Below, in pieces: positions 12,001-25,325 of a stretch of 64,000 nucleotides of DNA (the first letter of the stretch is position 1; every line of letters begins with the position of its first letter). This DNA is from Tubiluchus corallicola. Its lineage: Eukaryota > Animalia > Priapulida. Position numbers and translations under genes: made by a program. The notes under the pieces were generated by a model, which saw only the letters and a list, made by a program, of their open reading frames with translations, was not told where the DNA came from and did no database searches. The DNA lies in contig JAQGDQ010000685.1 of the NCBI GenBank assembly GCA_030141605.1, forward strand, positions 48,914 through 112,913, in the 5' to 3' direction.

Positions 12001-15000
12001 TCGCTGACTCACCCTCCAGGATGCACCACTCACTAACCAAAAAACACATTTTTAATCTTATTGACAAGATACAGTAATTTTAAATTTTATTTAGTTAATG
12101 ACATGTGCGCTACGAATGCTCTGATTATTTTTTCAAACTTTACAAAATGTTACCTAAACTTGTTTCAAATGACCTGTCGTGAAAATGGCTGCATCTAACG
12201 GTCATCGCGGGAGTTTAAATTTACATGTTTTATACAGCGTGACTGCCGATTGAAGTCCTGCACGCAAAAAGGCAGTATGTAAGTGATATAAAATTTCAAA
12301 ACGAATTCTTTAAGCATTACGTTTATGAAGGGTTGTCTTGTGCTTTAATGCAGTGATCAGAAATGAGCACGATGACGTTGCAACGTTAGATGTAGCTGTG
12401 TCATGAAAGGCAAAAATTACAAACTCAAAAGCCATTTCATATTAATGATTCTTTCTTTAGTAATTCAGTTAAACTTCAAGTTCAGGGCCATAAATGCAAC
12501 GGAATATGACGCATGAGACATTGATTAGGTGTACCATTAAACCAAACATGATTATATTAAAATAGTAGCAATGGTTTACTGAAGAGGCAGTAAAGGTAGT
12601 GATCTGTGTTGTTTGTGGACACAGGATGCAATGTTAATACTTTAATAACGACTGTGTCCACAAACAACACAGCTCACTACCTTTACTGCCTCTTCAGTAA
12701 CTTACACAAATAATAGGAGGATCTTCCACAATCAGCTTAACCCAATTAGTCATTTTTATCCTAAGAATTTCACTGTTAGTAAAGCTTCATCCACAGTAAA
12801 CACATAAACATAAAAAGTCCTGCACGTTCTTCATGCTCTGCTTTTACTATTTTCTCAGTTTATGTTTTACATCCTATGCAAATAATATCGGCAGCTAAAA
12901 CAAATGTCACCAGTTTAAGTATACATCAGGGAGTATTATAGTCCTACTTAACATTCTCACGAACTAAACGAAAACACCAAATAAAGAGATAAAAGTGCAC
13001 AAGATACAGCAGTTGAATTATTGCATGGTGGTGGGCGGGTGGGTGGTTGGGGGGTCTTTATACCTGTTTGCTTTTTGATTCGTCCTCGGAAGTGTTATGT
13101 TCATCATCACTCAGTTGTAAAAAATCACCATTTTTCTTCAGCTGTCTCATTTTGATCTGCAAAACAACAGAAAGCTTAGTGTGAGTGAAGTTTGGAAATG
13201 CAAAGTGTATGTTGTGTAGTGAAGTGAAGTGACAAAGTGCAAATAAAGTAGTGACTTGAAGTACTGTATTGAAGTAAAGCAATGTAAAGTGAAGTGAAGT
13301 GAACTGACAAAGTGCAAATAAAGTGAAGTGAATTGAAGTACTGTATTGAAGTAAAGCAATGTGAAGTGAAGTGACTAAGTGCAAATAAAGTGAAGTGAAT
13401 TGAAGTACTGTATTAAAGTAAAGCAATGTGAAGTAACGTGAAGTGAAGTGAACTGACAAAGTGCAAATAAAGTGAAGTGAATTGAAGTACTGTATTAAAG
13501 TAAAGCAAAGTGAAGTAAAGTAAAGTGAAGTGAAGTGAACTGACGAAGTGCAAATAAAGTGAAGTGAATTGAAGTACTGTATTAAAGTAAAGTAATGTGA
13601 AGTAAAGTGAAGTGAAGTGAAGTGAACTGACGAAGTGCAAATAAAGTGAAGTGAATTGAAGTACTGTATTAAAGTAAAGCAATGTGAAGTGAAGTGAAGT
13701 GAAGTGAAGTGAACTGACGAAGTGCAAATAAAATAAAGTGAACTGAAGTACTGTATTAAAGTAAAGCAATGTGAAGTCAAGTCAAGTCAAGTAAAGTAAA
13801 GTGATGTGAAGTCAAGTGAAGTAAAGTCAAGTAAACTGACGTAATGTGAAGTGAAGTGAAGTAAAGTAAAGTGAAGTGAAGTCAAGTGAAGTAAAGTCAA
13901 GTAAACTGATGTAATGTGAAGTGAAGAGAAGTAAAGTGAAGTAAAGTAAAGAAAGTAGCAAAATAAAGTAAACTAAAGTAAGGCAAGGTAAGTTAAAGTA
14001 AAGAAAAGTAAAGTAGAGCAAATATAAAGTAAAGTAAAGTGATGTAAAGTAAAGTGAAGTCAAGTCAAGTGAAGTGAAGTGAAATCAAGTAAACTGGTGT
14101 AATGTGAAGTGAAGTGAAGTAAAGTAAAGTGGCAAAATAAAGTAAACTAAAGTAAGGCAAGGTAAGTTAAGGTAAGGAAAAGTAAAGTAGAGTAAATATA
14201 AAGTAAAGTAAAGTAAAAGTAAAGTAAAGCCAGACAAAGCAAACCAACGCAATGCAGAGCAGTCAAGTAAAGTTAGTCATTTCAAGCAAAGCACACAAGT
14301 TTATTTGACTGGCCCAGCCTGCTTTACCTGTCATTAATTACAGCTGAATTAAATTTAGGTTAATAGCCTACCTTCTTTTTTGTTGCTGAGGCTGACTGAG
14401 CTATTTTGGACCACCAAGGAAGCTTAGCATCCGAATCAGGATTTGAAGGTGTTTTAGCCTCCACCACAATGTTCGTCTCCAGTTGCCCCTTTTCTTTATC
14501 GCAATTGTTCTCATTGAAATCATTTTTAGCCTCTTTTATCTAATCAGCAGAAACAAAATTACGAAATGATAATTACTGCAAGGATCAAATGCACAATGAA
14601 TCAAATTGCACATTGCAACCATTATCTACAATTGTTACACCTGCGCAACCACATAATTTGAATTTGATTTAAAACTTTAAGGTAACAAAAATTTACGCTT
14701 ACAAACAATTGGAAACTGTAGATCAAACAAATAAGCCTTTTCACAGTTCCAGTGAATGTTGATGATCGCGAAAACTTCAGAGGTTAAGTGTACCAGACAA
14801 CACACTTCTGTACACTTGACAACGCCTCGCAACTCATGCTATTGTAAAAGTAGCAGTTTTAACAACTATCTATAACCTTACCTAGTTCTTTTTTTTCTTG
14901 TTACCAAGCAAGATTCTGCTAGCAAATCACTCCGTGCACAAACTAATGCATAGTTAAGCAAAGTTCGTCAAATCAACTGAAGTTACTGAACTGATGCGAC

Positions 15001-16992
15001 AGACAGCTTTACTTTGCCTACATGTCACGTGGCAGTTGTAGTTAAGACCCGCTGTTATAGTACACAGCAATTGTGTACTATCTACAGCAATTGTGCAAGT
15101 ACACAGCGAAACTGTGAAAAGGCTTACTAGTTTCATTTTATTATTATCACATTTTGTATAATACTAACCTGGGAAATTTAAACAAAATGGCTGCTGCTTG
15201 TTCTCAAATACTGAAAGCAGAAGTATGAGACAACTTTTTCTGTCTTTCATTAATGCTTGTAAGGATAATTGGATGGCAATCCCAGAGAAACTAATAACAA
15301 CACCTTTACACACCTTACATTTTACAGAAGATGTTAGCAGACCCTACCTGTTTTTCCTCTTTCTTGTTCTGCATTTTAGCCAATGACTGTGTGTCAGGAA
15401 CTCTAGATCTTTCAGAAACAGAAAGCCAGGATCTTCGCTGTTGACTCTGCGGTTTTCGAAAACTAAAATTTCAAAAAACAAGTTTAGAGTTTGATGCAAC
15501 TGAGATAAATTACAGTTCCAGTAATAAATTTTTCACTATCCAATCTCAGTCTAATCAAGCTGAGAAGAAAATAATGAAGCTTCATTTGTGCAATTCAGAG
15601 ATAATTTGTGACATTTTGGATATTTGTTCTTGTTAACGTATTTGTTCTCTTCCAGACAGACATATTTTAGATAATGGTTTTGTGTGACCTCTAAACTCTG
15701 ATCATCATCATCGGCGCAGTTTAGTCATAAGTCATAAGTCATTTATTTCACATTACACATTTACAATAGTTTAATGTACAATATCTAGTGAAAGGGCCTA
15801 CAATGAACGTAATACAAATAAGAAATACTGCACAGGAAAAGCTTCAAACACTGTTCACCTATATACGAAGGTAAATGTGTTGCGGGCAATCAAAAGGCAG
15901 GGCTTGTTAAATTGTCCCACACAGTGAAAGGAAAAAAAAGTAATGGAGATAATCTGAAAATTTAAAGTGAATCCTGTGATAAAAAACATTAGTGCTTAAA
16001 ATGGAATGATGTAATGAATGAAGCTCATATATGGGATGATATAAAAGATAGAAAGACTATTATTTGTTAATAGTATGTGAAATTAAGATAACTTGATTAA
16101 GCTAACACCACTATTTTGCAACTACTATGAGGATGGATACTGATAGAAATTTTGATTACTCCCTGATACTTACTTAAAATTTGATTTTTTAGCATTTTTT
16201 AAATCTAGTAATAGATCTGCTATTTTTTGCGGATTGACAAATCTCATTCCAGACTTTTGGTCCTTGATATATTATAAAATGTTTAGCTATGTTGGTTCTA
16301 CAGAAAGGCACAGTGTATTGATTAAATCTTGTATTATGTCTCTTAGATGTCAATTTGACAGGAATTGCAAAAAACTTAGGAAATGGTCTATTATTGCATT
16401 TATACATAATAGACTATTTCCTAAGTTTTTCGCAATTCTTGTTTGTGCTTACCTAGCATTTAACATTGGTATCTAATTATTAACAATCGTTAACTACTTG
16501 AAAAAATTACACAGGCTGACTCAATGATGCACAGTTATACCACTTAGGTCTACTTTATGATCGTTTTCCCATCATTCTTTGTGAACGCTCATCTTTAACA
16601 TTTTTTATTTATAATAATTTTTGCATTAACATATCACCCCAGCCATGAATCATAATACAAATCTAAAAAACTGAGATTTATTTAGTTAAGAAACCATCAT
16701 AGCCATAGCCGTCATGATAGAGGAAAGCATGTGTAAGCATGTGCAATGCTTCCCACTACTTGTGGTAGTAACTACATATATATTGACAAGAAAATAGCGG
16801 TAGTCTAGCGTTGTTTCAAGGACTCATACAGGTAACGGTAAAATAATGGTGACAATACATCTATAATTAACACCACGCAACTACAAATGGATAATTTGAT
16901 ATGAAAATTTACCTGGCTTCTATCTCGTCGTCAGACGACACGAGTTCGGTCGCACCCGAGTCTTGTTTGAGCAGTCTACTTAGCGATATCAT
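9051..16992 (-). CDS. Uncharacterised multi-exon protein (~290-300 aa, K/S/E/Q-rich, likely disordered)
   Basis: Six consecutive open, phase-compatible GT-AG exons: 16992-16913 (MISLSRLLKQDSG..), 15462-15348, 14539-14372, 13156-13064, 11435-11187, 10793-10641. Terminal exon is either 9068-9051 (CVETV*) or 8121-8074 (VEDMSSNARDRLVIT*). No domain recognised. Confidence 0.68.
9120..10630. repeat. 30-bp minisatellite, ~50 copies (GTTACAAGCTTGCAAACGATATCAGAGAGT)
   Basis: Direct tandem periodicity; fills the intron after exon 10793-10641. Confidence 0.97.
12576..12700. repeat. Near-perfect inverted repeat, ~49-bp arms, ~27-nt spacer
   Basis: ttactgaagaggcagtaaaggtagtga..ggacacag / ctgtgtcc..tcactacctttactgcctcttcagtaa. 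Confidence 0.9.
13215..14230. repeat. (AAGTG/AAGTA)n pentanucleotide repeat with higher-order ~60-70 bp units
   Basis: Direct inspection. Confidence 0.95.
14734..15124. mobile_element. MITE family A, copy 3
   Basis: TA|AGCCTTTTCACAGTT...AACTGTGAAAAGGCT|TA. Confidence 0.85.
15722..16410 (-). mobile_element. L2/Crack-like LINE 3' fragment
   Basis: HNTR..VPFCRTNIAKHFIIYQGPKVWN..SITRFKK ORF2 C-terminal signature, followed by AATAAA and a short tandem (GACTTAT) tail. Confidence 0.75.
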
Positions 16993-17999
16993 TTTATCAG
17001 AAAAAACGAGTACTTTCTTACATTACACAAGGCTGTACCAGACAGCGGAACATTCAACACAGAGTATCTTTACTTATTCGTATTCGCACAGCGTTATTAA
17101 ATTTATCACGATAAAGACCTAGTCATAATTTACAGAACAACTGCGCTATCACGTTGTCAAACTTACTGCTATGTGGTAATTAATGCGTGTTTTTACTGCT
17201 GCGTGATATATTCATCTATGAAGAGTTTCACCAACTGTTACAACGCGGTCGACCACCTGCATGTATTACGATCGCACTACTTATGCTGGTTCTTCCTTCA
17301 AACTGTTTGTCTCCCCCGAACGCCACAAATCCACTTGAGCAAACTAAGAGATTTCCACACAAATGACGAAGTTAATTAAGCACATTTATCCTCATCTCTA
17401 AATCTGGATGTGGCAAATGTATCCTACATCCTACTTCCGCACCTGCAAATAATTTTAATAAATCAGTGTTTAAAATGTCAACGTACCTGGATACAGCCTA
17501 TGTAAGCTTGCTTATCAATAAAACAACGCCTTTTGCGTTCCAACACGTGTTTTCCATCTACAGTTCTCACATGACTAGCAAAACTACCCTTCGTGCCACC
17601 CCTAATTACAAACACAAACCCGTCAGACGAAGCCCTTTTTGTTCAAACGTCTTTCTACAGCAGAACTATAAACAGCAAACAAAATAATTAGTTTACTGTG
17701 AAATGTGGCAGGTTTACTTTGTGTTCAATGACCCTTGCACATCATCTGGATGCACTGACTCTCTCATACAGGTTTCGTTGCAAGCCAGTAGCTGTTTACA
17801 CGTGTAAAGTTACTCTAACAAAAATTGTTGAATTGTTTATTGCCGGAGTTCATGACTAGACGCTCAGTCTGAGTCATACCGTCATTGCAATAATGATTCA
17901 GATGCAAAGTCAGCCAGTCACACTGTCTGCAGTGCATTGTAAATAATCTTCTACGTTAGCACGACAAATGAACGCAATCTTTACGATTGGTTTGATACG

Positions 18000-18160
18000 T
18001 CAGTGTCATTGTTGTCACTGTCGTCATCATCATGATCGTGATCACCACCATCATCATCGTCGTCATTGCTATCTTTATCATAATTAGTATCACCTTTATC
18101 ATCATTATCATCGTCATCATCATCATTATCATCGTCATCATCATAATCATCGTCGTTATT
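18000..18160. repeat. Degenerate (TCA)n microsatellite
   Basis: Direct inspection. Confidence 0.85.
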
Positions 18161-19459
18161 GCTTTGGGGAAGTGAATTAGAGAAATTGCTTGCATAGAGG
18201 AAAATAGCTAGGCTATTATGGTTCCATGGGTGTGTGGTTGGCAAACAAAGTTAAACAACGGTAACGTGGTTGTGAATAGATGGGTGATGCTCGGAAAAAC
18301 GTCTGAGCTGTTTCGTCTTCTCGCTTGCGTCTGGTTATTCACAAATGTTTTCACATCTGAACGTGGTTAAGACGCCACCTGCTGGTTCAGTGGTTCATCT
18401 TAGAACAGATACCGGTCGCGCCACAACTTTCCAATGTTAATTGTTAATGAAAAAGATTATTTCTTCGGTTTCATGCACTTGCCAGTTGCAGCAACGCAGT
18501 AGACACAAGTAAGCAATACAGGCAGATATAATAAAGTATTACCAGAGTAGAACATAATAAACTCAGTCTTACCTTAAAGGTAACTTACCTTGATTAATTA
18601 CTTAAAAAGTAACAAAACAAACAATTAACATAAATAAGCGTTTCTCTGCTTACACTAGAATCATTGCCGAGTTTTTAATTACTAGCAGACACGTTTTAAT
18701 CTTATCACAATAAAAAATACCTTTGATTCGAGCAAGCTACGTACGCTTTCGATACCCTCACTAAAACCACTAAAATAGTCATTACAGATCTGTAAATTAA
18801 TTTGATATCATCTTAATTAGATGCTCGATCAAGATGAGATAAATTTGTGCTCACAAAAATGTTTGCATTTTTTCAAAAAACGTTGCACAACAGGCCGAGA
18901 TTAGTGCAAGCCGTCGGTAAGTGGAAAACTGCGTCATGAAATTTCATCATTTTTCACTTCTAACGCGCGCAATGGTGCTAATAAATATGTCAAGACGTTT
19001 GCTGCTATCTGTACGCGTTATCTTTTTGCATGAATTCGTTTTGCACACAATGCTCTGAAGTTCTACATATGTGGGTCAGTTGAAATTGCGTTACGTATGA
19101 CCCAATTCAATGAATTTTATTATTATGCAACCGTGCTATGCCTCCAGGAATAGTTAACATTTTTCATTACTTAGTATGACTTCATGAGACTAAAGAAGGA
19201 AGGAAAATTTGATCGCGCACGGGGGGGGGGGAAGAGGGCATAGCATTTGTTGGCGATATCGAATATTTGGTTCAGTATGCTAAGGTTTCAAGTGCTAATT
19301 TGGCCGAGGAAGTATTAATTTTTCTATGATTCGTTTAGCAAAAATTACTACCGACTAAAATGTTATGACTGAGAGCAAAACTACATGTAACCTGGAATTC
19401 TTTTGGCTGCTAACTAACTACATTGTTAAAATATGACAAAAAGAGAAAGCAAAGAGTAT

Positions 19460-19700
19460 TCAACCAGACCAACCATCCATTCAACTAAATAAAAACCAAC
19501 AAAACATTCAACCAACCGACCAACTAACAACTTACCTCACAATCAACCAACCTTAGCAACTCACATTCCAAAAAAATAGCCAACAAATAACCAACTAACC
19601 AGCCGATCTACAAGTAATGATTCAACAAACCAACCGACTAACCAATCAACCAGCAAATTTAACAGTAAACCAACCATTGACCAGCCAACGCACACCTAAC
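19460..19700. repeat. Degenerate (AACC)n simple repeat
   Basis: Recurrent aacc/aact words. Confidence 0.55.
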
Positions 19701-21932
19701 TACTCAAATCTTCCCAGATTTACCCTATTCTTTGCTAAGTGATTCTAACACAATATTCTTAACTAATGTGCTCTGTTTTCTGTCAGTAAAGCAGATTTGG
19801 AGCCAGGTTCATCACGTTTCTAGTAACAAAATGTGTAAGGTGAAATGTCAAAATCAACAATGTAAAAGGCTAAGCTGATGTCCAGCAACAATAGTAACGT
19901 TACATGTTGTCTGTCCATATTCTTCATTATATCAGTATAAATTTTAGTTGATAATAAAAAATAATCTTATTGCTTAGTATGTTTTTATAATTTATGCCGA
20001 ATTCGATGTGGGATGTAGGTCATTGCCTTCAAGAATCAAAATGGCTGCTGTGTGCATCACTTTTAAAAGAAAGGGCATGTTAGTAATTGGTCTTCAATTC
20101 TTGTAAACCAACTTAATTTCTTTTTTCTTCAAAAATGATGTGACTAGAACGCTTTTCCAAGTTTCTAGAAATTGATCATGAATATTGAATTAATGTTAGC
20201 TATGAATCATTAATTGGGCTTGTAACTGGTGCTATTAAAACATCAGTGCAACAGTTTTAAGCAGTGTCGTTGGTATTGGATCTTGTGAAAGTCATGTTTA
20301 AAGTTGTAGATCACTCACTTTGTTTTGATTGAGTTTAGGCACAGAAGTATGAACAAGAATAAAACATCTATAATACATATTAGCACTGCACAAACAGAAA
20401 AGTGTTTATTAAACTACAGACACACGAGTAGCATGACTGCTGCACTGAACACTGAGAGTGAGAGTGACTAGAAAGCAAAAACAGTCAGTATATATAGGTA
20501 TAGGTGACCTATGCAGACTTGCACAGGCTTCACAAAAACCATTACTTTAAAATAGGGAGAGAACCAGTAAATATGCATTCACTGGCATATACACAATTAT
20601 ACTGGGGGTAAGTTAGCTGGTAGAATGTAACAGGATTAGTTCATAGATGGCAGCACCTAATTATAATGTACAATTCCAACTTCCACAGATCTAATAAGCA
20701 GATTTTTCAAAAGTGAATAATTTTATTCTAGGTTGGACCAAAAGTTCAGTGAATTTGTTGAGTGCAAACTACGTTGTGGAATATACCATAAAATTGACTC
20801 TTGAAAATAACGGGGGAAAAGCTAATGCCCACATTAATAAGCAAGTAGAAATATTTTAAAATCTCAGTATAATGTATTTAATCAGAAGCCAGTGAAGATG
20901 AAACAAAATTGGTGTTATATGATCGAATTTCTTTGTTTTGATTACAATTCGAGCTGCTGCAATTAGAGCTATATACTTCATCATGATGTCTTTAACCTGT
21001 TCATGAGATAACTTTAGAAATTAACTTTAGGGAAAAGAAAGGCTATTATTACCACACATAAGTTTTGAGATTAAGACGATGCAGTTCTTTCGATAGTCGC
21101 CACATTTTTGTACTGTTCCAAATAATAACGCTGCTTAGTCGCGTCGCACATCTTCACATACTCAAGAGTGTTTCTCTTGAAGTCAGCCTAGTCTTCGGCA
21201 TCTTTACTATTCAGCCAACAATCTCAGTTCTTCTTCGTTGTTTTTTCTACAATTTCAGTTTGTCATCGTGCCATGGAATGTAGCCCTTAATTCATCGTTA
21301 GCAGTTTTCTAATCTCCGTTGCATGTGAGTATAAAAGCAATTAATGTGTTGTCATAATAATGTGACTCACTCATCACCGGATAAATTTTTGGAGTCAGAA
21401 TTATATAGGCGGTTATAATCCATTCGCATTGATGTGTTTAATTTTCCTAAATATAATTTTTAGATTTTACCAAAGTGACTCCTACTTGTACAGAACGATT
21501 GTCAGAAATAATCGTGATTCAGGTTAGTCAATAAGATTATCGTTCCTATCCCTATAGTGACGATAAGATCCTGTATGCCCGAATATGAGTACCAATCCAT
21601 TTTAAGCCCTCAACTGTTCATCAAATCAATGAACTTCTTTGCAGTGTTATCAACATGTATATATTGAAATTCCAGCCCATAATTAATTTGTCTGTTATTG
21701 TTAGCAGTGATACCAAGCTGTCACCACATTTTTCCAAAAACGTTGCAAGACATATAGATGACGTGTTGAGTATGGTGCCCTATAAAAAACATAATTCTGA
21801 GGCATACTTTAGTGTTCATTCAAGAACGGAGGTCAAGCTTGAATGCTTGCTTCTTGGTGCTCGGTGCAGTATTTATTTACTATTCGGCAGAGCGTCAAAG
21901 GACAGGAAAGATTTTGACTGTAGTACAAAAAT

Positions 21933-24900
21933 ATGGGCGCGCCTGTGAAGCATGTATTTAACGATGAGGAAAAAGTTGCAGAAAAAGTTTGCGCGTTTAT
22001 AGACACAGTGGCAAAAAAAGCATTGGCCACAAATTCTGTGTTTACTGTAGGACTGTCAGGTCTGAAGTGTCGTAATTTTATTTTTGTTTCGTATTCATTT
22101 TCTTGTAATAATACATCCCTTGCAAGAGCTTTAAAGTTTTATTATCTCAGAATATGTAGTCAACTTTGGTTCATAACAACGTGCTGCAGCATTTCTTAAT
22201 TAAACATTTATTATTAGAGATTTTAAAATGTAGGTTGGTCATGTAAATAGCTCACTATCTCACCTACTGCAATTAAAGTAAATCACTAAATGTTAACAAC
22301 AAGTTTGATAATTTTAATGTTTATTTAGGTGGAAGCCTACAGAAGTACATTTGTAAGCATTTGCCCTCAATAAATACTAACTGGTCTCAATGGAGAATTT
22401 ATTTTTGTGATGAGAGGGTAGTACCTTTTGACAATGATGACAGCACGTACAAATATTATCGTGATAACCTGATGTCGAAGGTTCCAATAGGTGACAATCA
22501 GATTTTCCCAATAAATCCAGCAATGACGGGTAATGAATTTTCATTTACAATTTGCAACCATCATTAATCGATGTGCTTGTTGCTTTTAGTTCTGCAAGAC
22601 TTTTGTATAACATGATTATTTATTTATGTGAATACTGATACAATTTATGGTTTAAACTATAGATCTAGAACAATTTTTTTATTGTATTGCATCATAGCTT
22701 TACATGATTTAAATAACTTAAACACTCATATGCTTCAGGTCAATGACGTGTGTTAGGAAAGTGTTCATCATAATGATGCATAGCCACAAAATTCTCCATT
22801 AGTATTTTTTCTTTTGCAGTTGACGATTGTGCGAAGGATTACACGGCAAAGTTACGTAAAGTGTTTACAGACGTATCAAAGCTACCTCGCTTTGATTTAC
22901 TGTTGTTAGGAATGGGGCCAGATGGTCACACTTGCTCTCTCTTTCCTGGACATAAATTACTACAGGTATTATTGTTGTTGCTACCGTAATTAAGTATAGT
23001 CTTCATTATGTTTTTAACTGTTTTTAATGGAAAACGTGACAGTTTTTCAGACCTGACCTTGTTTTGACATATGTGTGCTTGCAAACCAAAACCGTCCATA
23101 AGTCGGCATAGTTAAAACTACGTTATGCTGCTTCAAAGTAGAATGCACCAAAAGTTTGGTCAAATGTCGATTTTTTATTTCTTTATGAAAACAAATGCTA
23201 AATATATTGGACTTTTATATTCTAGCATCAAACTATCAGGAGATTGTCCAAAAATACTAAAAATCTAATTTTATAATTCCTTGCCCACTTTCGTGTCTAT
23301 AAATTAGTACTGTAAAAAACTTGTACATTTAAACTCATGGAAGCATTTTGCTTCGGGTTTTTCTGTTGACAAGGCCAGATCTTCGTTTGGAAGAACCATC
23401 TACTGCATTTAAATGTAACTTCAATGTAACTCTTGTAAAATCCATAGCAACCACACTTTCGTACAGTTGTTAAGTGTTTTGTAGAAACGCGACAAAAAAC
23501 AATGGCTGACTTTAACAGCGATTTTCTCAAGATTACATTTTTTAATGTGTAGCCTGCACCTCAACTTCAATGTGGATTATCTCAGCTTAGAAATAACATA
23601 GAGCGATGAGCTCAAAATGATCCTCTTGAAATGGAGATACGTGAATAAATAGAAAAGCTTAATTGCCGTCTTATGGATGACTTTGCTATGCAAGCACACA
23701 TATGGTCTAAAGTAGACATTTTTACCTGTAATAATTTGCAAAACAGGCTTTTTTATAAATAAATTAAATATTTTATTAATTTAATAAATAGTCTGTTACT
23801 CTTGGGTACAGTTTTCTACCAGCAGGGATGTCTTTTGTGAGCATCTTACGTATGTTTCCAGAAACAGAAGCTGACAGCATCGCTCGCTAACAATAAACAC
23901 AAAAATTATGAAACTTTTAAGTTCATCTTTCAAATTTCAATTTTGATATTGGGCAGATATTATTTCATGAGGCTATCCAGATGTCATGAATTGGTTGTAG
24001 TCTGCTGATCAGGTACAGCACCTCTTTTTCGCATAAAGTGTTTCTGAGAAGAAGGTGCTGTTGTCCATCTAAATTTGTATCCGTTGAGAGCGTACAACAG
24101 CAGAAACTGATAGGCTTCTCAAATAATTGTTTACTTCATCCTTAAATGAGTAAATTTTTGCTTTTTGCTATTTTACACTTTCTACTGTAAATTAAGCTGT
24201 AAAATAACAACCAAAAAAATATATGCTTTATTATTTCAATTCTATTATTATAGTGCCATAAAATCCAAACATTTCAATTTGTGATATTATATTTAGACTT
24301 GACATAACAAACTTGTTTCACATTTTGATGCTAGGAGACGGAATTGTTGGTAGCACCTGTCACTGACTCTCCAAAACCCCCTCCAAATCGCATAACCCTC
24401 ACATTCCCAGTGATAAACAACGCCAAGTGTGTGGCCTTTACAACATGTGGACAAAGCAAAGCCGACGTTGTGAAAGTATGTATTTTAGATTTTGCATTCA
24501 GTTTTACATTTTGAACTGGCATCTCGCGTTTTGCTTGTCTTTTTTGTCTCACTTGAATGTTTAGCCACCTCTATAATGTTCAGGGATGAGAATTTTCCGC
24601 TGATATGCGGAATTCCGAGTTTGTGGAAGACCAGTAGTGCCATTATTGTAAATTGCCTAAATTCGTTGAGAAAATTTTTACCCACCCAGTACATTATTTC
24701 ACAAGCTGACCGCTAGTTGGCAGGCCGTCACTTTGTTTACATCACGTACATGAGTGTAACCACGTGTATATCTCTATGTATAAAAATATAGAGTCAATTG
24801 TACGGAGTTATTTGAGTCAATTGCAGACAGTTTTTATATACTTTTGCATAGGAGCGGTCAGTACTTAGGCATTTTTGAGACAATTAGGTATCATGTATCC

Positions 24901-25262
24901 TTGATAGTTGGGTATTTTAAATTATGCATGAAACAAGGTAATTGATATTTTAAGTCCACTTAGAGGCTCTCTATGGTCATAAAATTGCAGTTTGTTGCTT
25001 CGCCCCCCTTGAGCCCCCATGGGGACCTATGCGACTCCCAAACTCCCGGCCTGTTTCAGAGTTTTTTTTGCAATTGATCAATCTCATCCCTGAATGTTTG
25101 AATGCATTATAGGATCCGTTTTAGTTTCTCATTAATTTCATACAGAGAATACTGGAAGGTAATGAAACGGATCCACTGCCGTCGGCTCGTGTTTCACCGC
25201 ATTGCGGAGAGTTACACTGGTTTCTTGATAGAGCAGCTGCATCTAAACTGAGTCAGCTGTGA
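21933..25262 (+). CDS. PGLS: 6-phosphogluconolactonase, 243 aa, 5 exons
   Basis: Exons 21933-22059, 22329-22529, 22820-22965, 24335-24475, 25146-25262. Motifs [63 protein letters not shown]. Confidence 0.96.
23068..23704. mobile_element. MITE with CATATGTGTGCTTGCA inverted termini (possibly Sola-like, ATAT flanks)
   Basis: 16-bp perfect inverted termini; the superfamily assignment is inference. Confidence 0.55.
24581..25092. mobile_element. hAT-like MITE family B (TIR CAGGGATGAGA), 6-bp TSD aatgtt
   Basis: TIRs plus TSD; four copies in the window. Confidence 0.9.
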
Positions 25263-25325
25263 TTTTAACATGGAATTTGTTTCCTGGAGACTGATGACGA
25301 TCTTGCAGGTAAATGTTTATAAATG

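Noticed and set aside
13058-14063. FTSLH-rich ORFs
   Set aside because: Pentamer repeat translation; only 13156-13064 is a plausible exon.
17956-18244. Asp-rich and Met-rich ORFs
   Set aside because: Translations of a degenerate (TCA)n microsatellite with no supported splice context.
17100-18600. Scattered minus-strand splice-like signals upstream of the orphan gene
   Set aside because: Stops in the frames examined and no consistent exon chain; could be UTR or lncRNA but unsupported from sequence alone.
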